DNA from: Pseudomonadota bacterium
GTDB lineage: Bacteria > Pseudomonadota > Alphaproteobacteria > UBA2136 > JASBTF01
Reading direction: 5' to 3'
NCBI GenBank assembly: GCA_030148545.1
Contig: JASBTF010000003.1
Location: 250-64,249 of the forward strand
DNA: 64,000 nucleotides
Shown piece by piece: positions 15,578 through 25,191 of this stretch. The notes under the pieces are model-generated. The model was given only the letters and a program-made list of their open reading frames with translations. It had not been told where the DNA came from and searched no databases. Positions within the stretch are counted from its first letter, which is position 1, and each line of letters starts with the position of its first letter. Both the position numbers and the translations under genes were made by a program.

Positions 15578-16468
15578 TTAGAAGCAACTACCAGCGTGGC
15601 TAAAGCACACAGAGGCAGAGAAAGGCGGTTCACCACGGCCAGTTACATTGGACTGGTAGTAAAGCGTACGCTGCCATGGGTCTACTGCATAACTGGCTGG
15701 TAAGCCAATGTCACGCATGAGGCGTTCCATATCAATTGGGTCACCTGCAATGTATTGCTCGCTGCCACCAGTAGCTTCGGAGTAGTAGGTCACATCTTCA
15801 TTACGGTCCAAATCAGAGCGGGGGTAGTAGTTAAATTGGCGGTAATTAATACCACCTTCTTCTTCACACCAGCTTGGGCCATCACTCGCGCAGGAGCCAT
15901 CAGCTTCCAAGTAACGTGCCTGTTCGTAGCTGGAGAGTTTGTCAACAATGAGGCGTGCCTGTGCTTTAAAATCATCCACACGCTGGCGTTCAATATTGAT
16001 CGTACTGAATTTGGCACCAATATCGTCGTTGAGAGGTTCCCACAGGGCGTAGTCGCGCTCGCCACCAATAATAAGTGAATCGGCAATACCGTCTTTACCG
16101 GCGGAAACAACAGTGGCCATGTTGACATTCACTTCGGTAGACTGCACCTGCAGTGGCACGTTAATGCGAATGTAATTCCATGGCTGTCCCCATGGGTCTA
16201 GACGTAGGCTGGGGTTATCAATGTAGCCAGAGTCAAAAAGTTCGTTAAGAGTTTCTGGTAGTTCTAGCGCATTGTGGCTACGATACCAGTTGGCTAGTGC
16301 ATCACGAATAAGCTCCACACCAACTTCAGCAGCTTCTACTTTACTGCGCTCTAGGCGAGACATAATGGTAAGACCACCAACAGCAGCAAGTACGCTGGCA
16401 ACAATCAGCGCGATACGGGCATCTACCCCGAACATGGCACCACGTTGATTTAACAGAAAATTCTTCAT
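15578..16468 (-). CDS. Prepilin/pseudopilin-like protein with GspG-type DPWG motifs
   Basis: Short basic leader NQRG|AMFG followed by a hydrophobic helix; DPWGQPW, SAGKDG and DPWQRTL motifs. Confidence 0.7.
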   Translation of the reverse strand: MKNFLLNQRGAMFGVDARIALIVASVLAAVGGLTIMSRLERSKVEAAEVGVELIRDALANWYRSHNALELPETLNELFDSGYIDNPSLRLDPWGQPWNYIRINVPLQVQSTEVNVNMATVVSAGKDGIADSLIIGGERDYALWEPLNDDIGAKFSTINIERQRVDDFKAQARLIVDKLSSYEQARYLEADGSCASDGPSWCEEEGGINYRQFNYYPRSDLDRNEDVTYYSEATGGSEQYIAGDPIDMERLMRDIGLPASYAVDPWQRTLYYQSNVTGRGEPPFSASVCFSHAGSCF

Positions 16469-16598
16469 ATTCCTCATCGTACTGATTTTAGGCATGATGT
16501 CCAACAAAACTACTGATAGTAAGTTATTTTTTCAGCGTGTGTGTTGTGTGGGCGGGTAGCTTTATTTTTCTTCATATTCGAACAATATTAGAAAGCTT

Positions 16599-16688
16599 CG
16601 CCATCCCAAGCTCGCAGGGCGAGTTGGTTGGCGGAGGTCCAGGATACTTCCTGGTGCCTTGCTGCGGCTTTGCCGACAGCAAGAGCAT
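16599..16688 (-). repeat. ~90-nt three-hairpin interspersed repeat, copy C
   Basis: Matches copies A and B; lies 1 nt after the stop codon of ORF 16690-17451. Confidence 0.9.
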
Positions 16689-16689
16689 G

Positions 16690-17451
16690 TTAATTACCGC
16701 GGCGGAGATCAAGGTCATGAGAATGGGTGTAGCCCCATGGTGTGGTGAACTCTAGCTGGCCAAAGTCATCTTCTAGGTAAAAGTAGTCAAATGGGCGGCC
16801 CCATGTATCGGTTAGGGAAAGCTGACCTTCAATTTCATCAATATATTCGTCTTTGTAGGGCATGCGCAGCTCGTTAGCATAAAATCCGTAAACTATTTCT
16901 GCTACTTGTTCTAAGCGAGCAATGGATGTTTCAACTTGTTCGCGGCGTGCAGCAGAGCTGTCGAACAGCACAACATTACGGTCGCTAGGTCCGGCAAAAT
17001 CTTGCAATGCTTGGCCATCGGCTAGTTGTTCCATTTGTGCGCGCAGTAATGGGTCATCGCTCATGGTGATCAAAGCTTGCTTGCTGCGCAGGCCATATTC
17101 TTCTTTACCTTCGCGTACTACTACGTGGAGGTCTTGCCCACCGCGGGTACGCACGCCAGCACCTTCGGCATAGGTGAGAGCACGGTTAAGGTCTAGGTCA
17201 GCGCTAAATTCTGTGCCTTCAGCTAGAATAGAATATTCCAACGCTTGGCGTACATCTTGAGCACGAGCTTGTTCTAGCGCCATACGGCGTTCTTCTAGCT
17301 TTTCTAGCTCTCTGTCAGCGTAGATACCAATGTTAGATGAAAACAGGGTTAACCCCATGAGCAAACCAAACATGAATGGAGAAAAGGCACCACGCTGTTG
17401 TTTAAGCCAGCGTAGCAGTTTTTTACAAGACAATACGTAGGGAGAGCACAT
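16690..17451 (-). CDS. Prepilin-like protein
   Basis: KQQRG|AFSPFMFGLLMGLTLF class III-like leader and DTWGRPFDY motif; last gene of the assembly operon; start uncertain. Confidence 0.6.
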   Translation of the reverse strand: MCSPYVLSCKKLLRWLKQQRGAFSPFMFGLLMGLTLFSSNIGIYADRELEKLEERRMALEQARAQDVRQALEYSILAEGTEFSADLDLNRALTYAEGAGVRTRGGQDLHVVVREGKEEYGLRSKQALITMSDDPLLRAQMEQLADGQALQDFAGPSDRNVVLFDSSAARREQVETSIARLEQVAEIVYGFYANELRMPYKDEYIDEIEGQLSLTDTWGRPFDYFYLEDDFGQLEFTTPWGYTHSHDLDLRRGN

Positions 17452-18295
17452 AGTCCACCCCGTCTACGTTCAATACCACCTGGCGAGAAGCAATTGATTC
17501 TACAGTAACGTAGAGCTGATGGCGTTGCATAAATTTGTTGGGGTTTTCTTGGCGATCTTTTTTATATTCTTCTAGCACTTCATCGCGAATAGTCAGCAGC
17601 TCTTGGTAGGTAGAAAAAGGCACACTTTGCTGTGGCGGTAGTGCTTGCTCTAATAGTGCTTCAATAATTTCAATGTCTGGAATGTAATTTACGGTGAGGG
17701 CAAAGCGGTCACCTTCGGCATAACGTATGTTATTGATAATGGCATATTTAACAGGAGCTGTTACTACGCTTTGTAGCGCCAAATTATTCATTTGGCGCTG
17801 AACACTCTGTTCGCTTACCGGCGTATCTTTCAAAGCATCGCTATTTGTTAGTAGCTCTGTTAGGTAGTTTTTAAATTCGCTTAAGTCGGTATTAGGTTGG
17901 GTAGAGCTGGTGGCGCTACTTAGTGTAATGGTTTGGGTAAAGTCGGTGGCATCAAAACTGCTTACATTGGCACTAATACGTTTAGGGCCACGGCCTGCAG
18001 TTTTACCGGTTGTGCTGCCAGAGCTAACGGGTGAGCCAATACCAAGCGGGTCCAGCAGTGTTTTACGGAACAGTTGCTTAGTATCGCCAATTTGTACGGC
18101 AATACCTGTTTCCGTTTGGCGGCGTTCAAAATCGGCAATTACTTCCTCGCGGGTGAAGTCAAAGTCAGGCTGGCCAGTAAAGGTATTAGGCCATGCTAAG
18201 CGGCTCTGCTGCTGGGCACCAGCGGCAAGAGTAAGTGCAAGGACGCACAAAGCGCTACAGCAATGCCGGGTCATGTACATAAATATATCCTTCAA
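17423..18295 (-). CDS. Exported hypothetical protein of the pilus/T2SS-like operon (possibly PilP/GspC-like)
   Basis: Signal peptide-like segment; AIINNIRYAEGD and VESIASRQVVL resemble PilP/HR beta motifs; operon context. Confidence 0.55.
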   Translation of the reverse strand: MKDIFMYMTRHCCSALCVLALTLAAGAQQQSRLAWPNTFTGQPDFDFTREEVIADFERRQTETGIAVQIGDTKQLFRKTLLDPLGIGSPVSSGSTTGKTAGRGPKRISANVSSFDATDFTQTITLSSATSSTQPNTDLSEFKNYLTELLTNSDALKDTPVSEQSVQRQMNNLALQSVVTAPVKYAIINNIRYAEGDRFALTVNYIPDIEIIEALLEQALPPQQSVPFSTYQELLTIRDEVLEEYKKDRQENPNKFMQRHQLYVTVESIASRQVVLNVDGVDYVLSLRIVL

Positions 18296-18752
18296 TCAGT
18301 ACCATTGCCAAATTATCGGCAGTGCCTTTTGGTGTTTTGCTACAGCCATAGCAAAAACGGTATGGGGCAAATCCTGGTAGTTCTGCCATTTTCTTAATCA
18401 CGTTGTTCATCTGCTCGTATGTAGCAGGGCCAGTAATACGGAAAATGTGGCGATACAAACCTTGGTTACTCACCAATGGGCGAGGTTGACCAATAAAGCG
18501 TAGAGTAAGCCCTGGGTCGCCAATATCTAACGTACGCTCAATCGTAAATTTTTGGTCGTCACCTTGTAGCATGGTGTTTTGTTTTACATCGGCCAGCATA
18601 CCTTCTAGGCGGAGCGCTTCATCGCGGCGCCGGTCGGCTTCGCTCACGGCACGTTTACGCACTTCAATAGTTTGCTGGTTTTGCACAAACTGGAATGTAC
18701 CAATAATGAGGGTGAAAGCGATAATCGCAAGGCCAAGAGTAAAGCGGAGCAT
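18255..18752 (-). CDS. Bitopic membrane protein, putative PilO/GspM-like
   Basis: N-terminal TM segment, coiled coil and small C-terminal domain (ITGPATYEQM); operon position. Confidence 0.55.
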   Translation of the reverse strand: MLRFTLGLAIIAFTLIIGTFQFVQNQQTIEVRKRAVSEADRRRDEALRLEGMLADVKQNTMLQGDDQKFTIERTLDIGDPGLTLRFIGQPRPLVSNQGLYRHIFRITGPATYEQMNNVIKKMAELPGFAPYRFCYGCSKTPKGTADNLAMVLIEGYIYVHDPALL

Positions 18753-19858
18753 TAGCGTTGTCCTCCTTGAATAGCATCTTGGATGCGTTGATCTTCTTCA
18801 TAAAGGCGTATTTGCTCACGTAGTAAACGCAAGTCAACCAAGCCTTCTAGTTTAAAGTCCGGCCCTGGTGGTTTACGGATACCACGTAGTGTAGAGCTTT
18901 TTGCTAGTACATTTTTGGCAATAGGTTCTTCCTGCAGCCAACCTTTATACACATCGCGCTCGGCACTAATAGTAGCCAGCATAGCTTGTGGAGGCTCTTG
19001 CGGGTTTACATTACGTACTTCAATACTTTCTACCTGCATGCTGGCTTGCTGCGTAGCAATAGCAACATCTTGCGCCAGTAGTGGTAATAAGTCGCGGTAT
19101 TGCATTTGGCGCTGCTGTTCGTTCACAGCTCGGAGCATTTCGGGCACGTTACCGCCACGTGGCATAGCGCTTTCAATACGTCGTGCTTGGGTGGTGTAGT
19201 GGCTAATTTGTTGGTTTTGCCAAAAGGTCATCGCAAAGGCGGTACCAGCCATAATGAGTGATGCAAGCAATACCAACATGCCGTATTTTTCTTGGAATGT
19301 GGGCATGTTGAGCCATGTAGCCGTTTCCAGCGGCATTTCCAAAGCTGGTTTTACATTGGCATCCAGCTCGGCAATTTTTTCTCTATCCCAGTTGGTGTAG
19401 ATGTTCTTTTGCGAGGTTCGTGGGTAGGATTTAAAAATTTGCTGCAAATCGCGCACCCAAGTAAGTGGGGTAGTGGGCTGAATGTAAGAATCGTTCATAT
19501 CCCAGTGGAAAATCACATCGGCAGCTACCAAAATATTTACTTCGTTTGCTTCACGAGATTTCATGCGGCAAAGGTCGAGCAGGGGCATATCACCAAAAGT
19601 TTGTGCCGCAATTTGCATGGCCTTATGGTCGTCTTCGTCAATCTCTTCCTTCAGAATATATTGGTAAGGGTTAATGTGTTCGCCATCAATACTACGTGGG
19701 GCAAAAAAGCACAGAGAAAGGTGTTTACGGCTTTGCTCACTGGTTACCTCTTGCCATGTCTCGGCAAAAATGGAGGTTTCTTCCCCTTGAGGGAAGTATT
19801 CCACCCGCTCCAAGCCAACGAAGCAGATGTTTTTAAAGGTGTTGCCAAGTGTCTTCAT
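18752..19858 (-). CDS. Bitopic membrane protein, putative GspL/PilM-PilN-like
   Basis: Cytoplasmic N-domain, single central TM segment and C-terminal domain; coupled to the PilC-like gene. Confidence 0.5.
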   Translation of the reverse strand: MKTLGNTFKNICFVGLERVEYFPQGEETSIFAETWQEVTSEQSRKHLSLCFFAPRSIDGEHINPYQYILKEEIDEDDHKAMQIAAQTFGDMPLLDLCRMKSREANEVNILVAADVIFHWDMNDSYIQPTTPLTWVRDLQQIFKSYPRTSQKNIYTNWDREKIAELDANVKPALEMPLETATWLNMPTFQEKYGMLVLLASLIMAGTAFAMTFWQNQQISHYTTQARRIESAMPRGGNVPEMLRAVNEQQRQMQYRDLLPLLAQDVAIATQQASMQVESIEVRNVNPQEPPQAMLATISAERDVYKGWLQEEPIAKNVLAKSSTLRGIRKPPGPDFKLEGLVDLRLLREQIRLYEEDQRIQDAIQGGQR

Positions 19859-20967
19859 GATTGCGTCAACACGATTGATAACATATCAAGCAGCATTACC
19901 CCACCCCCAAGTACCCAAAAACTGGAGGAAGTTACACTTACAAAGCGTGTATTGGCATCGTTCAGCATGCGTTCCAAAATACCGTAGGCGTGGTGCATCC
20001 CTTCAATCATCACGTCGTTAATGCCTTCATCGCTGCTGGTGTAGTTCTCAGCAACCGATACTGGCGTTACAACAATGTCAGGGAAACCGGCTTTTTTCAT
20101 CGCTTCACTCATTTGGCCACCACTGGTAATCACGGCGTTAAAGCCATCAATTTTTTGTTTAAGCACTAAGTTGGTGGAGAGCGCTTCCATAATAGGAATC
20201 ATCTGTTTGGGTTGCACACCACTGGCAATCAGGTGAGGGAAGTACAGCAACATGGAGCTATACGTTTTATAGGTAATAAATTTACCCAAAATCGGCATAT
20301 CTAGCATGAACTGGTCTACCCACAGTTTACCATCACGTGAGCGCACTAGGCTGAACAGAATGACAATACCAATCACAAAAATGGTGAGAATAATATACCA
20401 GTTGTCCGCCATCACTCCGGTAAAGTCCATAATCATTTGCGGGACAATACCAACAGGCTTACCCTGTGCTTCGCGCAGCTTTACCATAACGGGTAGGGTG
20501 TTTAGGCCTGTATTAAATAGAGAGGCAAAGCTGAGCAGTAGCAATGCCATTGGTGTAAGAATTTCTGCCATGCCAGCACGGCCAGATTGAATTTTCTTAT
20601 CTTCTAGCTGACGCAAAATTTGGAAAGCTTGTTCCATTTGGTTGGATGCTTCACCAGCCATAACCGCAGCACGGTGAATATCGGTAAACAGCTTTGGCTC
20701 CATCTCCATAGCTTTACTGAGCGATTTACCTTGGGCTACTTTAGCGGCAATAGCGTGCATTGCCTCTGAGATATCTTCTTTCTTCTCGCTTTGGAATGCT
20801 TTACCTACCGCACGGCAAGCTTCAACAGTTGTATTACCAGAGCGCAGCATCATCCCCATAAAAAAGAACAAGCGCTCACGGTCGCGCGCTTTAACCTCGG
20901 TAACCCGAGGCCCAAGCAAACCAGGCGTTTTAGGCCCGCCACTAAGCAAGTTGTTCAAGGTCTGCAC
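19855..20967 (-). CDS. Type II secretion F / PilC-family platform protein
   Basis: Two T2SSF repeats (MMLRSG...GKSLSKAM...AGEAS; LIASG...GGQMSEAM) and three TM segments. Confidence 0.85.
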   Translation of the reverse strand: MQTLNNLLSGGPKTPGLLGPRVTEVKARDRERLFFFMGMMLRSGNTTVEACRAVGKAFQSEKKEDISEAMHAIAAKVAQGKSLSKAMEMEPKLFTDIHRAAVMAGEASNQMEQAFQILRQLEDKKIQSGRAGMAEILTPMALLLLSFASLFNTGLNTLPVMVKLREAQGKPVGIVPQMIMDFTGVMADNWYIILTIFVIGIVILFSLVRSRDGKLWVDQFMLDMPILGKFITYKTYSSMLLYFPHLIASGVQPKQMIPIMEALSTNLVLKQKIDGFNAVITSGGQMSEAMKKAGFPDIVVTPVSVAENYTSSDEGINDVMIEGMHHAYGILERMLNDANTRFVSVTSSSFWVLGGGVMLLDMLSIVLTQS

Positions 20968-22669
20968 TAAAGAATTTCTCCAGTTCGTCCAGGCTGGTTA
21001 TGCCTTTTTGCACGTGGTACATGCCTTGGTAAAGCATATCACGCATGCCAGATGTAAAGGCTTGTTCACGCACAATTTCTACCCAGTCCGGGCGCAGTTT
21101 GGTACCCGCCCATACATTTTTGGTAATATCTTTGCGCCATAGCTCTAGCACTTCTTCCATCGCAATACGGCCGCGGTAGCCACGGTAGCCACAAGCCTCA
21201 CAACCACTGTGGTTGCCGCGGTAAATTACATCACCAGCTTTAAAGTTCATGTCGCGTACGCTGTTCATTTTGTTGGCTAGTTCAACATCTAACTCTAACG
21301 GTGTTTTACACTTATTACATAGGCGGCGCACTAAACGCTGCGCAACAACACCACGTACGTTACTAAAAATCTGTTCAGCTGGCACACCACGCTGTAGCAA
21401 ACGGTCTAGTGTCATAAAGGCATCGTTAGCGTGGAGGGTGGTAATAACTAAGTGACCAAGGTTACCGGCGTCAATACAGTCACGGGTATCTTCTGGGGTA
21501 CGAACTTCCCCAATATATACCACGTCTGGGTCACCACGAAGCGCACCACCTTTAATGTAGCTTTTCAGCGTTAGGCCTGCTTGTGGGTCACCTTCGGTTT
21601 GAATCACGTTGGCCATACGTTCTTCAATTTGGTCTTCAAATGATACAATGTTTTGGCCAGGGCGTTGGTTACGGCGCAACATTACACGTGCCGCGGTAGA
21701 TTTACCCATACCGGTCGGTCCGCTAAACATTACCACGCCTTCTTCAAAGCGGAACAGCTGGTCAATCTTGTTAATGTTCTCACGCGTGTAGCCAAAGTTG
21801 TCCACGTTACCTTCAAACGGTTTCAAGAAACGCAGGGCAATTTTAGCCGTATTCTCAAGCGAGATAGGGATAGACGTATAACGAATATCAATCTGTTGGC
21901 GGTTGGTGAGGTCGAAAGTCATACGACCGTATAAAATCTGTTTAAAGTTATCGGCACGTACACCAGCCATGTGGCGCAAACGACCAATCACACGTTCGTA
22001 CACTTCAATAGGGAGGCTTACCAATTCTTCTAGCTCACCATCAATACGTGCCATCACGGTTGGTTTACGGTTCAAAATCTCAATGTGAATATCCGAGGCG
22101 CCGTTTTTATAACCGGTACGAATAACCTCATCAGTGAGGGAAATAATACTATCGTCGTTACCTGCACTAATTTGTGCGTAAGCATTTTCTACAAGGAATT
22201 TTAGTGAGTGGCCTTCGCGCTTGTTCATGCGCTCAATGGCAGATTCAATTGCACGTGGGCTTGCCCATACAAATTCATGACGGCTCTTGCGGTGGCGCAG
22301 TACAATTTCGCTCTGTAAACGTTTGTTAGGCAAATCAGCAGCTGCCCAAATAATAGCGCCACGACCTAGCTCAATAGGGCAGGTGGTGTAGTACTGCATA
22401 AATTCGCGGTCTACGCCTTCCACCACATGTGGGGTAATGCGGGCCATATCTTCATCGGCACGCATGGGGAAGTCGTAAGCGATGGCACGATAGCGAGATT
22501 GCTGTTCGTTAGTCAGCTTACCGGATTTACCCAAGGCTTCAATTAGCGCATCAGGGTCTTTCTGTACGGTTACGGGCAGATTTTGCAGGTCACCAATGTT
22601 GATGATCTGATCAGATATCATCAGGTCAACAATGTCCATTACTGGCTCCCGTAGTGTTGGTTCACGCAA
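20942..22669 (-). CDS. GspE/PilB-family assembly ATPase
   Basis: ASDIHIE, Walker A GPTGMGKS, Walker B VYIGEVR, GHLVITTLHAN, AQRLVRRLC..C, and GC..C...GYRGR. Confidence 0.93.
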   Translation of the reverse strand: MREPTLREPVMDIVDLMISDQIINIGDLQNLPVTVQKDPDALIEALGKSGKLTNEQQSRYRAIAYDFPMRADEDMARITPHVVEGVDREFMQYYTTCPIELGRGAIIWAAADLPNKRLQSEIVLRHRKSRHEFVWASPRAIESAIERMNKREGHSLKFLVENAYAQISAGNDDSIISLTDEVIRTGYKNGASDIHIEILNRKPTVMARIDGELEELVSLPIEVYERVIGRLRHMAGVRADNFKQILYGRMTFDLTNRQQIDIRYTSIPISLENTAKIALRFLKPFEGNVDNFGYTRENINKIDQLFRFEEGVVMFSGPTGMGKSTAARVMLRRNQRPGQNIVSFEDQIEERMANVIQTEGDPQAGLTLKSYIKGGALRGDPDVVYIGEVRTPEDTRDCIDAGNLGHLVITTLHANDAFMTLDRLLQRGVPAEQIFSNVRGVVAQRLVRRLCNKCKTPLELDVELANKMNSVRDMNFKAGDVIYRGNHSGCEACGYRGYRGRIAMEEVLELWRKDITKNVWAGTKLRPDWVEIVREQAFTSGMRDMLYQGMYHVQKGITSLDELEKFFSADLEQLA

Positions 22670-23110
22670 TACATCACCCGATACTCTATAGCTAAACCCT
22701 TAAGCTGCCTAGCCTTGCGCACAATATATAGGGTGGTAATGGCACATAGGTGCTACACATAGTGGCGCGTAAGTCACAAAAATAAAGACCCCGGCATTCT
22801 CTGTGGTGAGAAGCCGGGGTATAGTAATTTAATTTGTATTAGCTGCTACCAAGAAAGGTGGCGGTGCTGCGCAATAATCGAAGGGCGGAGGTAGTTCAGG
22901 CGAGGGCTGCATCTGTTCGTGCATTGCCCTTAGTAGAAAAATATTTCTTTCCACCAGTGTCATTGCATCATCTACTAGTTCTTGCGGTGGTTGAGCAGAA
23001 TTAGAACTCATCGTGCATACTCCCCAGTTTGCACAAAAATTTAACTAAAAACGAACGTAACGAGACAGTTATAAACATCAAATAGATATGTCTCGTCAAC
23101 AGAAAAGTAC

Positions 23111-23139
23111 TTGACGCCCGCGCTGCATTGCCGTATACG
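23111..23139 (+). promoter_or_regulatory. sigma70-type promoter of rpmH
   Basis: TTGACG-N17-TATACG. Confidence 0.6.
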
Positions 23140-23186
23140 GGGCGCCTACAACGAAATTGTAAGTATATAAATATTAAGGTGACGCT

Positions 23187-23321
23187 ATGAAACGCACATA
23201 CCAACCAAGTAAACTGATCCGCAAACGCCGCCACGGCTTTATGAAGCGTATGGCTGACCGTTGGGGCCGCATGGTACTCAAGCGTCGTCGCGCTAAAGGC
23301 CGTAAGCGTCTTACTGTATAA
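23187..23321 (+). CDS. rpmH: 50S ribosomal protein L34 (not in the ORF track)
   Basis: Translated by hand: [44 protein letters not shown]. Confidence 0.97.
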   Translation: MKRTYQPSKLIRKRRHGFMKRMADRWGRMVLKRRRAKGRKRLTV

Positions 23322-23339
23322 TTCAGTTACTGAGTTTTG

Positions 23340-23365
23340 AAAGCCGCCCCTTAGGGGCGGTTTTT
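23340..23365 (+). terminator. rpmH terminator
   Basis: AAAGCCGCCCC-TTA-GGGGCGGTTTTT. Confidence 0.85.
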
Positions 23366-23403
23366 CATTGCTGTTTTGTGTTGTTTTCTGCTATCACAGC
23401 GGC

Positions 23404-24057
23404 ATGGTTGCGGTATCCATTCAACAGGTAGAAGAACAGCTGGCACAAACGCAGTGCACAGAATGTGGCTATAACGGCTGTGCGCCTTATGCTCAGGCTA
23501 TTGTGGAAGAAAGTGCGGCTATCAACCTGTGTCGCCCAGGTGGTGAGCGTGTGGTGGCTAAGTTAGCTGACCTGCTTGACCAACCAATTATTGCGCCAGC
23601 GCAGCAGCCTGAAAAACCTCAGGTAGTGAATATTACAGCGGCGGATTGCATTGGCTGCACGCTGTGCATTCAGGCTTGCCCGACCGATGCCATTATTGGT
23701 GCGCCCAAACAGCTCCATGTGGTGGATGCTGACCGTTGTACAGGCTGTAAACTGTGCCTTAAACCATGCCCGGTAGATTGCATTACGCTACACCTAGGTG
23801 AGAGCTACCGTGATATGGCAGCACGTACGCTAGATATTGCCAATTGGGTGAAGAGCCGCAACACGCGCTTAGCATCGCAAGGTAAGCGCTTTCGTGCGGA
23901 GGCACAGCAAAAAGCTACGGTAAACCGCAAAAACGTATTACCAGCTGAGCTACAAGCCCGTATTGAAGCGGCGCGCCAGCGTAACCAACAAAAATACGCA
24001 GGTAAGGAAATTCCCGCACCACAAGCCTTGCGTAATCAGCAAAATTCAGGAGAATAG
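23404..24057 (+). CDS. RnfB/RsxB-like Fe-S ferredoxin protein
   Basis: QTQCTECGYNGCAPYA and INLCRPGG, plus two CxxCxxCxxxCP clusters. Confidence 0.88.
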   Translation: MVAVSIQQVEEQLAQTQCTECGYNGCAPYAQAIVEESAAINLCRPGGERVVAKLADLLDQPIIAPAQQPEKPQVVNITAADCIGCTLCIQACPTDAIIGAPKQLHVVDADRCTGCKLCLKPCPVDCITLHLGESYRDMAARTLDIANWVKSRNTRLASQGKRFRAEAQQKATVNRKNVLPAELQARIEAARQRNQQKYAGKEIPAPQALRNQQNSGE

Positions 24058-24061
24058 GGGT

Positions 24062-25177
24062 ATGACTCAAAAACTAGGCGTTCTCCCACACCAAGAGCTT
24101 GAAACATTAATCCAGCAGCAAGTTATCTACGCTGATACCCCGGTAACAGAAGAGCAAGTACAACCTGCTAGCTTAGATTTACGCTTGGGTAAGGTTGCGT
24201 ATCGGGTTCGTGCTGGTTTTATGCCCAGTAAGCACGCCACAGTGGCCGAGCAAGTGGCAGGGTTGGCACTGCATGAGCTAGACCTCACGAAGGGTGCTGT
24301 TCTGGAGCAAGGTGCGGTGTATTTGGTACCATTGCAGGAGAGCTTGCGCCTGCCAGCAGAAATTAGCGGTGCTGCTAGCCCTAAGAGCACGACAGGTCGT
24401 TTGGATATTTTTACCCGCTTGTTAACAGACCATGGTGACCGTTTTGATGATGTAAAAGCTGGCTACGAAGGCTCACTGTGGTTAGAAGTTGCGCCAAAAT
24501 CTTTTACAGTAATTGCACGTACTGGTGATAAGTTAAACCAGCTACGTTTGCGCTATGGTACACCCATGCTGAGTGATAGCGCTTTGCAGGAGCTGAATGC
24601 TCAAGCGCCATTGGTATATGGCCCAAATGGTGACGCAGAAACACCGCATTTGCACAATGGTGTATGGCTAACGCTAGACTTAGAAAGCAGCCACGATGGT
24701 AACAACATTATTGGTTATCGCGCGCGCCCCTATAGTGGTTTGATCGACTTACAAAATATTGCTCATTACAGCTTGGATGAGTTTTGGGAGCCAATTTACA
24801 AAACGTCTCAACCATTCATTCTTAACCCAGATGATTTTTATATTATGATTTCACGCGAGCGCCTGCGCGTGCCCATTGGCTATTCATCGGAGATGATGCC
24901 GTTTGACTTAGGTGCGGGTGAGTTGCGTGTGCATTACGCTGGCTTTTTTGATCCAGGTTGGGGTTGCCCTGACTGTGGTAACCCAACAGGTGCGCCAGGT
25001 GTGTTGGAGGTACGCGCGCATAACGTGCCGTTTGTGGTGGAGCATGGGCAGCCTATTTGTCGCATGGTTTATGAGCACATGGCACAGGAGCCTTTGGTGC
25101 CGTACGGTGCGCAGCTTAATTCTAACTATAGCAAGCAGGGTCTTAAGCTTGCAAAACAGTTTAATATGGGTAAATAA
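24062..25177 (+). CDS. dcd: 2'-deoxycytidine 5'-triphosphate deaminase (long alphaproteobacterial type)
   Basis: Motifs QPASLDLRLG, PKSTTGRLDIFTR, RVHYAGFFDPG and LEVR. Confidence 0.92.
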   Translation: MTQKLGVLPHQELETLIQQQVIYADTPVTEEQVQPASLDLRLGKVAYRVRAGFMPSKHATVAEQVAGLALHELDLTKGAVLEQGAVYLVPLQESLRLPAEISGAASPKSTTGRLDIFTRLLTDHGDRFDDVKAGYEGSLWLEVAPKSFTVIARTGDKLNQLRLRYGTPMLSDSALQELNAQAPLVYGPNGDAETPHLHNGVWLTLDLESSHDGNNIIGYRARPYSGLIDLQNIAHYSLDEFWEPIYKTSQPFILNPDDFYIMISRERLRVPIGYSSEMMPFDLGAGELRVHYAGFFDPGWGCPDCGNPTGAPGVLEVRAHNVPFVVEHGQPICRMVYEHMAQEPLVPYGAQLNSNYSKQGLKLAKQFNMGK

Positions 25178-25191
25178 CTCGCTGTATAAAT

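Noticed and set aside
2677-16688. CRISPR array or tRNA interpretation of the 90-nt repeat
   Set aside because: Copies are kilobases apart with no spacers or cas genes, and there is no T-loop, acceptor stem or CCA end.
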